Origin: a bacterium
Lineage (GTDB): Bacteria > Electryoneota > RPQS01
NCBI GenBank assembly: GCA_026394155.1
Contig: JAPKYT010000109.1
Coordinates: 1-59,037 of the forward strand
Length of the DNA stretch: 59,037 bases
Direction of reading: 5' to 3'
Below the pieces are notes generated by a model. It saw only the letters and a program-made list of their open reading frames with translations, was not told the DNA's origin and ran no database searches. The translations under genes and the position numbers were made by a program. Shown here piece after piece: positions 51,360 through 59,037 of the stretch (position 1 is the stretch's first letter; each line of letters starts with the position of its first letter).

Positions 51360-53951
51360 CTAAGGAACAGAAGACGAGGTCACGTGATAGAACTTTTTTG
51401 CCGCGGCAGGTATGGCACCAGCCGCCACATAGCTCGTATCGGTGGTGGACGAGAGGAGCTGCAGCGCGCCACCCCACGTCGCCGTTTCATAGAGGTGGTA
51501 GTAGGGCGCACCACTGGATCGCCAGTTCAGGAGGACGTCATTCCCCGACGCGCGAATCACGAGCCCCGGCGGCGCCCCCGACCAGCCGCGAACCTGAATC
51601 ATCCGATTGCCGTCGCGCGTGTTGCTGTCCAAGCCGGTCTCTTGAAGCCACTCTGCCGCGCAAGGGTCAAACATTACTGACCGCCCGACATTGAGCGAAG
51701 AGGTGTCCATGGCGAACGCCTCCGCGCCGGGTCCCTCATTCTGCACCGCGACATAGAAATCCGAATTCAAGGTCACGGGATCGCTCAGGTTGTCATGTAG
51801 AATGACGGTTGCCGTATAGAGACCGGGCGCCGGAAGCCCGCCGATGACATTGCCCACCGATCCCCGCACGACCTCGCGCAGCAGCGTTCCGGGCAGGCCG
51901 CCCATGCCGTTAGCCAAGAAAACTTTCACGCGAATGCCGCTGTGAGCGGTGTCCGGGTGAAAGCCTGCCACGCCCACCCGCACTTCACCCAACACAAAGG
52001 GCGTTTGCGGCGGTGTGAAGCGCACCGCCCAGATGAAACTGTCCGGCTCTGCCCAGTTGTACAATTCCGCCGTGCCGTCCCCATACGAGATCACCGTCGT
52101 GGCCGGGGCGGAGAGGACGAACTCGAAGGTGTCGGTGCGCACCGTCTGAGGATCACTGTCCAGCGCACGGATGAAGTACTCATAGCGGCCGAATCCCAGC
52201 AACAGGCTGTCCGCATACTCGTTGGGATTCCCGGCGGGCAGCATGGCGATGGAATCAAAGACTCCCGCCGTCGCCGCGCGGTAGAACATCTTGGTGGAAA
52301 CACCGGGCAGATCATCCGTCACTTTGGCGGTGAACACCGTCCAGCCCGGGATGCCGTCGCCGCGCGGATCGTGGTTAATCACCGGAGGGGCGGAGTGCGC
52401 AATGGTGAAATCGGCATGGGAGGAATCCCGCGCCGCAGGATTGTCCACGGCGTAAATGCGGAGGCGCGCATGCGTGCTGGCCGGGCCGCTGATGGGCCAC
52501 GATTCCTCGCCGTCGTTCGCTGTGCCGGAATAGAGGGTTTCCCAGCCGCCCGAGGGAAAATCGCGATTCAGTTCGATGCGATCATTGCCCTGCACCCCTT
52601 CGCTGGTCCAGCTGATCCAGCGGCTCTGGCCGATGGGCCATGATTCTCCACCTATGGGAGAAAGGAGCGTGATACGCGCCCAGCGGATCTCGAAATTGCC
52701 GTTCGAAGTGTCCCAGATGCTGGGCAAGGCGTCGGAGATGACCTGAAGGCGGGCCGTAGTCGTGACCGGAGCGGCTGCCGGCCACGCGTATGAACCGTCG
52801 TTGGCGGTGCCGCTGACCAAGGTGTCCCACGTTCCCGACGGAAAACTGCGGTTCAGCTTCAGCGTCACGGTGCCGTTCAGGGACACGCGGGTCCACGTCA
52901 AATTGTAGGAATTGCCGGTATAGAGAATTTCCGAACCGTTCGGATAGGTCACGGTAATGGAAGGCGGCGGTCCCACCGGCCGGCGGATGCGTAGATATAC
53001 CGGCAAATGGTCGGAGGCCTCATAGAGCGCATCGGCGATGCTGTCGGGCACCGCGGAATTTGTGCCGTAGTTCACGCTTAGGTTGAGATGATTGCCGTCG
53101 TTGCCGTACTCCGTGTAGCTGCCAGAAACATAGTCCCAACCCGCGAGATTCGCAAAATTGTTGGACAGCAGGATGAAATCGAAACGATCATCAAGGCCGC
53201 CTTCAGCTCCGCCGTCACCGAGATTTTCTGTGCGCGTGGACTGGGTGTGAATGTCCTCGTACGCGGCGTTGTCATGCCAGTCTCCCGCGCGATTGAGAGG
53301 ATCAGACAGCTGCCCGCTGTTGTCCGCGGGCCGGCTGCCGGTCAGATTCGTCCACGCGTCTTCGCCATTGGTGTAAAGGTTGAAATCACCCGCCGCCATG
53401 AAGAATCCGCCGTCGGGAAGAGAAGTCAGTCTTGTTCGCAGAGATTCCGCTTCCACCGCGCGTCGAAGTTCATTCTCCGATCCTTCCGAGGCCTTGAAGT
53501 GCGCCGAGTAAATCTGGATGTCAATCGAATCACTGCTGATGCCTACGGGGCGGAGGCGGAAGCCGTTGAAATGCCGCGGTTCGGTGTGCACAATCTGAAC
53601 CGGACTCACGAAGCTCACTTTCGACGACTTGTAAAACATGCCGTTGTCGGAGCTGTCGCTGCTGTAGGGAGCGGCCAAGTAGGTGTTGGGCCGGCCGGCG
53701 TTCATCACATTGTTCAGAAACTGCGTGAGCCCCGTCGAGCTGTTCATTTCCTGCACGACCAGAATGTCGGGATCAATCGCCCGCAGTATCTTGCGGTAGG
53801 CGGCGTTCTTGGAGGTATCGGAGGGCGGATAGTTCAGCACATTGTAGGTGCAAATCCGCAGGGTATCCCATGTCTGTGCCATACCTGCGGACGTCAGGCC
53901 GGTCAGCAGGGCCAGACAGACCATCGCACGTAGAATCAAGACCCTTATCAT
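51360..53951 (-). CDS. secreted endonuclease/exonuclease/phosphatase (EEP)-domain protein with tandem Ig-like modules and a large C-terminal region
   Basis: Signal MIRVLILRAMVCLALLTGLTSAGMAQ. EEP: LRICTYNVLNYP......YRKILRAIDPDILVVQEM, later GDFN.Y and SDHLPVY. Two ~85-aa repeats (ITVTYPNGSEILYTGNSYNLTWT...LNRSFPSGTWDTLVSGTANDGSYAWP...ARLQV and ITLLSPIGGESWPIGQSRWISWT...LNRDFPSGGWETLYSGTANDGEESWP...ARLRI). No T9SS CTD is evident at the C-terminus. Confidence 0.8.
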   Translation of the reverse strand: MIRVLILRAMVCLALLTGLTSAGMAQTWDTLRICTYNVLNYPPSDTSKNAAYRKILRAIDPDILVVQEMNSSTGLTQFLNNVMNAGRPNTYLAAPYSSDSSDNGMFYKSSKVSFVSPVQIVHTEPRHFNGFRLRPVGISSDSIDIQIYSAHFKASEGSENELRRAVEAESLRTRLTSLPDGGFFMAAGDFNLYTNGEDAWTNLTGSRPADNSGQLSDPLNRAGDWHDNAAYEDIHTQSTRTENLGDGGAEGGLDDRFDFILLSNNFANLAGWDYVSGSYTEYGNDGNHLNLSVNYGTNSAVPDSIADALYEASDHLPVYLRIRRPVGPPPSITVTYPNGSEILYTGNSYNLTWTRVSLNGTVTLKLNRSFPSGTWDTLVSGTANDGSYAWPAAAPVTTTARLQVISDALPSIWDTSNGNFEIRWARITLLSPIGGESWPIGQSRWISWTSEGVQGNDRIELNRDFPSGGWETLYSGTANDGEESWPISGPASTHARLRIYAVDNPAARDSSHADFTIAHSAPPVINHDPRGDGIPGWTVFTAKVTDDLPGVSTKMFYRAATAGVFDSIAMLPAGNPNEYADSLLLGFGRYEYFIRALDSDPQTVRTDTFEFVLSAPATTVISYGDGTAELYNWAEPDSFIWAVRFTPPQTPFVLGEVRVGVAGFHPDTAHSGIRVKVFLANGMGGLPGTLLREVVRGSVGNVIGGLPAPGLYTATVILHDNLSDPVTLNSDFYVAVQNEGPGAEAFAMDTSSLNVGRSVMFDPCAAEWLQETGLDSNTRDGNRMIQVRGWSGAPPGLVIRASGNDVLLNWRSSGAPYYHLYETATWGGALQLLSSTTDTSYVAAGAIPAAAKKFYHVTSSSVP

Positions 53952-54010
53952 GTTGTCGCCGCTTTCCACGGTTTCATAGCGGACAAAATGCATCCTTCCG
54001 TCGAGATACT

Positions 54011-54039
54011 AATTTAGCACGAAACCGCCCCGAAAGCAA
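54011..54039 (-). promoter_or_regulatory. sigma70-type promoter candidate for the EEP-domain gene
   Basis: The minus strand reads TTGCTT (54039-54034), 17-nt spacer, TAAATT (54016-54011). Confidence 0.45.
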
Positions 54040-54069
54040 GCCACTGCGCAAGCCAACTCCAAAATTTAC

Positions 54070-54098
54070 TTGACCTTTATGGTGGTTCTGCGTATATT
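54070..54098 (+). promoter_or_regulatory. sigma70-type promoter candidate for hsp20-lon-comF
   Basis: TTGACC (54070-54075), 17-nt spacer, TATATT (54093-54098). It is divergent from the promoter at 54011-54039. Confidence 0.5.
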
Positions 54099-54210
54099 CA
54101 GACCTGACCCAGCTGCACACCCTATGCCATGTGTACGCTTAGCTTAGCATTCATTGGTGCGGCCCGGTCTTCGGCCTGCGGCTCGTACGCTTTCTCACAA
54201 GGATCCGGCC

Positions 54211-54678
54211 ATGACTGAAACCGACACGCTGCCCTCCGAAACGGCTATCTGCTCCCCCCGCCGGGGCGCGCAGATTCGCTACCACTTTTTCCAGTACTAC
54301 GGCCTGGGCCGGCCGTGGCTGGCCACGGGTGCAGGCTGGGTGCCGCCGGTGGACGTGTACGAGACCGACGGCGAGTTCGTATTAGAGATCAATTTGGCCG
54401 GTATCGAACCGGAACAGGTGCATCTGGAGTTCCGCGCCAACATCATCATGCTGTCCGGTGTGCGGCCGGAGAGCGGCACGTCCACGGTGCGTTGCTACCA
54501 CGTCATCGAGATCGAGCGCGGGCCGTTCGCGCGGACGGTGGAGCTGCCCGTGCCGGTAGATCCCGCCACCGCGCGGGCGGAATCCCATCACGGAATGCTG
54601 GTCGTGCGGGTGGGCAAGATCAACGGCGGGGACGCGCACGGATGCTCCTCCACCGATTCTCTGGAGGGACTCGAATGA
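54211..54678 (+). CDS. Hsp20/alpha-crystallin family small heat-shock protein
   Basis: W.PPVDVYETDGEFVLEINLAGIEPEQV.LEF..N...LSG.R........Y...E...G.F.R...LP..VD...A.A....GML.V. is the alpha-crystallin domain. ATG at 54211. Confidence 0.9.
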   Translation: MTETDTLPSETAICSPRRGAQIRYHFFQYYGLGRPWLATGAGWVPPVDVYETDGEFVLEINLAGIEPEQVHLEFRANIIMLSGVRPESGTSTVRCYHVIEIERGPFARTVELPVPVDPATARAESHHGMLVVRVGKINGGDAHGCSSTDSLEGLE

Positions 54679-57077
54679 CAATTCCTCCCGCCAAAGAGCC
54701 TTCGGGACCCGAACCCGAACTGATCCACATCCCCGACGTGTTGCCGGCGATGCTCATCAACGACGTGATTATCTTTCCCAACACCATCGCGCCGCTGGTC
54801 ATCACCGCCGAACCGGTCATCCGTTTGGTCAACGACGTGTTGTCGGGTCCGAAGATGCTGGCCACCTTTACCCGTGAGCCCGCGCCGCCTTCGGAGAAGC
54901 CCGAAGACCAGTTCTATCGCGTGGGCACGGCGGTGCAGATTCTGAAGATGTTCCGCGTGCCCGACGGCTCGATGCGCATTCTGGTGCAGGGTCTGGTGCG
55001 CGTCGAGCGCAAGGAAATCGTCGAGACCTCGCCCTACTTGAAGATCCGCGTGGAAGTCCTGCGCACCGAGCGCACCACGTCCATGGAGGTGGAAGCGCTG
55101 GCAAAGCGCATTGTGTCCGATTTTACCAAGCTGGCCGATGCCGGTCAAGGGGTGCCGGAGGAAGTCAAGATCGCGGTCTACAACATCAGCGATCCGGGTG
55201 CGCTGGCGGACATCGTAACCTCGAACCTCAATATCAGTCTGGAATCGAAGCAGGAGATTCTGGCGGCGGTCACTCTAAAGGAGCGGTTGGGACTGGTGGC
55301 CACCGTGCTGGCGCGTGAACTCAAGCTCATCCAGCTTGGCTCGGAGATTCAAGATCGCGTAGAGTCCGAAATGGCCCACGGGCAGCGGGAATACTTCCTC
55401 CGCGAGCAGCTCAAAGCCATTCGCCGGGAGTTGGGGGAAGACACCGAGGGCGCGGCCGAGGTCGCGGAATTCGAGAAGCAGATCGCCGAAGCGGGGATGC
55501 CGCCGCTGGCCGCGGAAGCGGCGAGCAAAGAGCTGGATCGCCTGAAACGCATGTCTCCGGCCTCGGCGGAATACACCGTCTCGCGCACCTATCTCGAATG
55601 GCTGGTGGCGCTGCCGTGGAACAAGTTCACCGTCGAGGAACTCGATGTAAACAAGGCCCAGAAGATTCTCGACCGCGATCATTACGGTCTCGAGGACGTC
55701 AAGAATCGCATCCTCGAGTTTCTGGTCGTGCGCAAGCTGCGGGCCACCGGCAAGGGTCCGATTCTCTGCTTTGTGGGCCCGCCCGGAGTGGGGAAGACGT
55801 CGCTGGGCAAGTCTATCGCGTCGGCTCTGAATCGCGCCTTCTGGCGGATGAGCCTCGGCGGCGTGCGTGACGAGGCGGAGATTCGCGGCCACCGGCGCAC
55901 CTACGTGGGCGCGCTGCCCGGCCGCATCCTTCAGGCCATTCGCCGCGTCGGGTTCCACAATCCGGTGCTCATGCTCGATGAGATTGACAAGTTAGGCGCC
56001 GACTTCCGCGGCGATCCGTCGTCGGCACTCTTAGAGGTTCTCGATCCCGAGCAGAACTTCAGTTTTCAGGATCACTATCTTGACGTGGAGTTCGATCTGT
56101 CGAAGGTCTTCTTCATCACCACCGCCAACGACGTGAACGCCATTCCCGGGCCGCTGCGCGATCGCATGGAGATCATTGAAATCGGGAGCTACATCACCAC
56201 GGAGAAGATCCAGATCGCCCGCCACTACCTCGTGCCGCGGCAGATCGAAGAAAACGGTCTGACGAAAAGCCAGATCAAGTTCACCGACAAAGGCATCGAG
56301 GCCCTTATTCAGGGCTACACGCGCGAGGCCGGTGTGCGCAAGCTGGAGCAGCAAATCGCCTCGGTCTGCCGCAAGGTGGCGCGCGCCGTGGTGGCCGGCC
56401 GTACTGAACCGACGACCGTCACCGAGCAAAACGTTCACGACTATCTCGGCCCGGCCCACTATCTCGAAGACACCGTTAAATCCTTGCCCGGCGTCGGTGT
56501 GGCGTTGGGTCTGGCGTGGACTCCGGTGGGCGGCGACGTGCTGGTGATCGAATCCACTTGGATGCCCGGCTCGAAACAACTTCAGGTGACCGGTCAATTA
56601 GGCGATGTGATGAAGGAATCGGCGCAGATCGCTTTCTCGTATCTACGTGCGAATTGGGAAAAGTACCATATTGACGTCGAGCAGTTGGCCCGGCGCGACG
56701 TGCACATTCACGTTCCCGAGGGAGCCACGCCCAAGGACGGCCCCTCGGCAGGAGTGACTTTGGCCACCTCGCTCGCTTCTCTCTTTTCCGGCTGCCCGGT
56801 GCGGCGAGGCATGGGCATGACCGGAGAGATCACTCTGGCGGGACGCGTGCTGCCGGTGGGTGGCCTGCGCGAAAAGATCGTGGCCGCCAGCCGCCACGGG
56901 CTCAAAACCATCGTCATGCCGCGGGCCAACGAAAAGGACCTCTATTTCGTTCCCGCGCACATTCGCAAAACTCTCTCTTTCAAGTTTGTGGATACCATTG
57001 ACAACGTCCTCGACCTTGCGCTCGAACCTCCGTCGGCGAACAAGAGCCGCGTGAAAGGCAAGGGTGTGAATCGGTGA
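54675..57077 (+). CDS. lon: ATP-dependent Lon protease (LonA)
   Basis: LON substrate-binding domain (LP.M.I.D.V.FP.....L.I), Walker [16 protein letters not shown], Walker [10 protein letters not shown], protease site [15 protein letters not shown] and GEITL.G.VLPVGG..EK. The ATG at 54675 overlaps the hsp20 stop (ATGA). The track's 920-aa ORF adds a spurious N-terminus that overlaps hsp20. Confidence 0.95.
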   Translation: MTIPPAKEPSGPEPELIHIPDVLPAMLINDVIIFPNTIAPLVITAEPVIRLVNDVLSGPKMLATFTREPAPPSEKPEDQFYRVGTAVQILKMFRVPDGSMRILVQGLVRVERKEIVETSPYLKIRVEVLRTERTTSMEVEALAKRIVSDFTKLADAGQGVPEEVKIAVYNISDPGALADIVTSNLNISLESKQEILAAVTLKERLGLVATVLARELKLIQLGSEIQDRVESEMAHGQREYFLREQLKAIRRELGEDTEGAAEVAEFEKQIAEAGMPPLAAEAASKELDRLKRMSPASAEYTVSRTYLEWLVALPWNKFTVEELDVNKAQKILDRDHYGLEDVKNRILEFLVVRKLRATGKGPILCFVGPPGVGKTSLGKSIASALNRAFWRMSLGGVRDEAEIRGHRRTYVGALPGRILQAIRRVGFHNPVLMLDEIDKLGADFRGDPSSALLEVLDPEQNFSFQDHYLDVEFDLSKVFFITTANDVNAIPGPLRDRMEIIEIGSYITTEKIQIARHYLVPRQIEENGLTKSQIKFTDKGIEALIQGYTREAGVRKLEQQIASVCRKVARAVVAGRTEPTTVTEQNVHDYLGPAHYLEDTVKSLPGVGVALGLAWTPVGGDVLVIESTWMPGSKQLQVTGQLGDVMKESAQIAFSYLRANWEKYHIDVEQLARRDVHIHVPEGATPKDGPSAGVTLATSLASLFSGCPVRRGMGMTGEITLAGRVLPVGGLREKIVAASRHGLKTIVMPRANEKDLYFVPAHIRKTLSFKFVDTIDNVLDLALEPPSANKSRVKGKGVNR

Positions 57078-57754
57078 GTTCCGCCGTCCACCTTCATCCT
57101 CGCGCTTGGCCGGTTTGGGATCTGTTCTTTCCCCCGCTCTGCGCCATCTGCGGCCGTTCGCTAACTCCGGACGCGATTCTCTTTTGCGCGCAATGCTGGG
57201 CTGATGCGCCCGTGGCCGACGCGCACGATTTGCGTCCGCTCAAGCACACCGACGTGGTGCGCGCCGGATATCGTTTCGGCGGCGAGGACGTGGTGCGCGA
57301 ATCGGTGCATGCTCTGAAGTTCGACGGTATGAAACGGCTCGCCTCGGTCATGGCGCGGCACTTGATTCCTCGCATGCCGGTGCGCATGGTGGAGGTGGAC
57401 GCGGTTTGGTGCGAAGTTCCGCTGCACTGGCTCCGCCGGGCTGCGCGCGGATTCAATCAGAGCCGGTTGCTGGCCGATGAATTGGCCGCCGCTACCGGGC
57501 ATGCGGCGCCGGTTTCTCTCTTGCGTCGTGTACGGGCTACGCCGTCGCAAACCTCGCGTTCGTACCGTGAGCGAGCCGCCAATGTGCGAGATGCTTTTGC
57601 GCTGCGGCGATCGCGGTCTTTGCCGGAATCGGTCTTGCTGATTGACGACGTGATCACCACCGGCGCTACGGTGGACGAATGCGCCCGCACGCTCAAGGCT
57701 GCGGGTGTGAAATGGGTCGGTGCGCTGGCCTTTGCCCTGACTCATCCGACTTGA
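57074..57754 (+). CDS. comF: ComF-family protein (double zinc ribbon plus phosphoribosyltransferase domain)
   Basis: FPPLCAICGR......LFCAQCW (Cys pairs), then ...RGFNQS..LA and the PRPP loop VLLIDDVITTGATVDECA..LK.AG. The GTG start overlaps the lon stop. Confidence 0.85.
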   Translation: MSSAVHLHPRAWPVWDLFFPPLCAICGRSLTPDAILFCAQCWADAPVADAHDLRPLKHTDVVRAGYRFGGEDVVRESVHALKFDGMKRLASVMARHLIPRMPVRMVEVDAVWCEVPLHWLRRAARGFNQSRLLADELAAATGHAAPVSLLRRVRATPSQTSRSYRERAANVRDAFALRRSRSLPESVLLIDDVITTGATVDECARTLKAAGVKWVGALAFALTHPT

Positions 57755-57785
57755 GTGCAGGCGAGCTCACGAGGAAACGACAGCA

Positions 57786-59037
57786 GTGCTCCCTAACAAG
57801 AATATCCTTCGCGTGTCATACCTGTACACGTTGCGTTTGCCGGTTGCACTTTTGCTCTGCGTCGTTCTGCTCTTTTCAGCGCGGGCCGACTATGCGCCCG
57901 GAGAACTGATCGTGCGCCTGCGGCGTCCACCCATGCGCGGCTCTCTGGATCAAGTTACGCAATCGGGAGTGGCATCGCTGGACAATCTCCTTGCCGCCGG
58001 CCGCGTGGCGGCCAGCGCACCTCTTGCCGTCTTTGCACGGAACTTCCCCGGCGTGGAATCGGTGGTGCTGCTGCGTTTTGCAACTGACGTCCGCATGGAC
58101 TCGCTGGAGTCCGCGCTGTCCTCCGATCCGGCTGTCGAGTGGGTCACACGAAATCACCTCTATCGTCCCAACTCGGTTCCGCCTGTCAACGACTCTCTTT
58201 TCGCGCGCGAATGGTGGCTGGAGAAGATTTCGGCTCCGTCAGCATGGCAAATCAGTCGCGGTGATAGTGCGGTTCTCATCGGCATCATAGACACCGGAGT
58301 GGACTACCTGCATCCCGATCTGCAGGCGAACATCTGGGTGAATTGGGGTGACAACGACAGCAACGGTGTGGACGATGACCACAACGGATTCGTGGACGAC
58401 CGCATCGGCTGGGATTTCACCGATGCTCCCTCGTTGCCGTCTTCGGGGGGCGACGATCTGGTGCGGGACAACGATCCCATGGACGAGTACGGACACGGCA
58501 CGTTGGTGGCCGGTCTGGTGGCGGCGGTGACGGACAACGGATTCTGCATGGCCGGAGTCGCTCCCGATTGCCGCATCATGTGTTTGCGGGCGGGCACCAG
58601 TCGCGGATATCTGGAGGAAGACGACGTGGCGGCCGCTCTGCTCTACGGCGCGCAGATGGGTGCGAGCGTCATCAACATGAGCTTCGGCGACGTGGTGGCC
58701 TCGCCGCTCTTGCGCGAGGCCGTGCAGCTCGCGTATTCGGCAGGCGTAACGCTGGTGGCGTCGGCGGGCAACGATGGCAACGCCGGCGCGCATTATCCGT
58801 CCGGCTACCCGGAAGTGATTTCGGTGGGCGCTTCGGATCGCTTTGACCGCCGCGCTTCGTTCTCGAACTACGGGCCGCCGGTGCATCTGATAGCTCCCGG
58901 CACGGAGATTCTGTCAACGGAGAGAGGCGGCGGGTGCGCGTCCGGCCAAGTGCAAGGTACCAGTTTCTCAGCTCCGCTGGCGGCCGCCGTAGCGGGACTC
59001 GTTCTCGCGGTGAATCCCAATCTCTCGCCGGACGACA
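57786..59037 (+). CDS. subtilisin-like S8 serine peptidase with signal peptide and propeptide (3' partial; runs off the window)
   Basis: My own translation (the ORF is not in the track because it has no stop). GTG at 57786 after GAGGA. Signal LPVALLLCVVLLFSARA. Catalytic triad IGIIDTGVD (Asp), HGTLVAG (His), GTSFSAPLAA (Ser). GNDG is also present. Confidence 0.85.
   Translation, partial: MLPNKNILRVSYLYTLRLPVALLLCVVLLFSARADYAPGELIVRLRRPPMRGSLDQVTQSGVASLDNLLAAGRVAASAPLAVFARNFPGVESVVLLRFATDVRMDSLESALSSDPAVEWVTRNHLYRPNSVPPVNDSLFAREWWLEKISAPSAWQISRGDSAVLIGIIDTGVDYLHPDLQANIWVNWGDNDSNGVDDDHNGFVDDRIGWDFTDAPSLPSSGGDDLVRDNDPMDEYGHGTLVAGLVAAVTDNGFCMAGVAPDCRIMCLRAGTSRGYLEEDDVAAALLYGAQMGASVINMSFGDVVASPLLREAVQLAYSAGVTLVASAGNDGNAGAHYPSGYPEVISVGASDRFDRRASFSNYGPPVHLIAPGTEILSTERGGGCASGQVQGTSFSAPLAAAVAGLVLAVNPNLSPDD

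Noticed and set aside
54099-54210. A heat-shock control element (CIRCE inverted repeat or ROSE-type RNA thermometer) in the hsp20 leader, prompted by the string cgcTTAGCttagca.
   Set aside because: The TTAGC copies are direct repeats, not inverted. No TTAGCACTC-N9-GAGTGCTAA-like palindrome is present, and I found no SD-masking hairpin.
54315-54674. N-terminal extensions offered by the ORF track: lon from 54315; also ftsZ to 27863, ftsA to 29203, murG to 33547, mraY to 37046, ricT to 12453, the T9SS cargo gene from 23310, mdh from 2626 and ltaE from 4403.
   Set aside because: The extra residues are non-homologous and overlap the preceding gene. Internal ATG/GTG codons with an RBS and/or a stop-start overlap with the upstream gene give proteins that begin where the families normally begin.

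Overview
High-GC chromosomal segment from a diderm bacterium. It is probably an FCB-superphylum or candidate-phylum lineage, because several secreted proteins end in the T9SS (Por) type-A C-terminal sorting domain, e.g. ..NYPNPFNPTTTIRY...LLK. The content is mostly housekeeping. Plus strand: rplU-rpmA-mdh, elbB, ltaE, a REC-GAF-PAS histidine kinase, an M1 aminopeptidase, rlmH, mrp/apbC plus a DUF59 protein, a PyrR attenuator with pyrR-pyrB-pyrC, a lipoprotein, and hsp20-lon-comF followed by a 3'-partial S8 peptidase. Minus strand: an envC-like-holB-ricT-metG-(methyltransferase::RadC) operon, an M42 peptidase, and a complete collinear dcw cluster (mraZ, small ORF, rsmH, ftsL, ftsI, murE, murF, mraY, murD, ftsW, murG, murC, murB, ftsQ, ftsA, ftsZ; 44.0 to 26.6 kb). 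Also on the minus strand are a giant MA-peptidase/PD40/Omp85 protein co-oriented with mlaE-mlaF, an HTH-REC regulator, tatA (55 aa, absent from the ORF track) and an EEP-domain secreted protein. I recognised no rRNA, tRNA, CRISPR array, transposase or integrase. I do not see a convincing multi-gene novel system such as a defence island. The items most worth a second look are: (1) a roughly 3.8-kb accessory patch (22.7-26.6 kb) holding a low-GC T9SS cargo gene and two families of hairpin repeats; (2) a methyltransferase-like::RadC/JAB fusion coupled to metG; (3) a small STAS-like ORF between mraZ and rsmH; (4) the giant outer-membrane fusion protein upstream of mlaEF with no MCE (mlaD) gene; (5) a broken rpmA (internal deletion plus frameshift) and a 36-codon glycosyltransferase stub, which may be assembly or deletion scars. 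All calls come from reading the translations and the DNA by eye; no database search was run.
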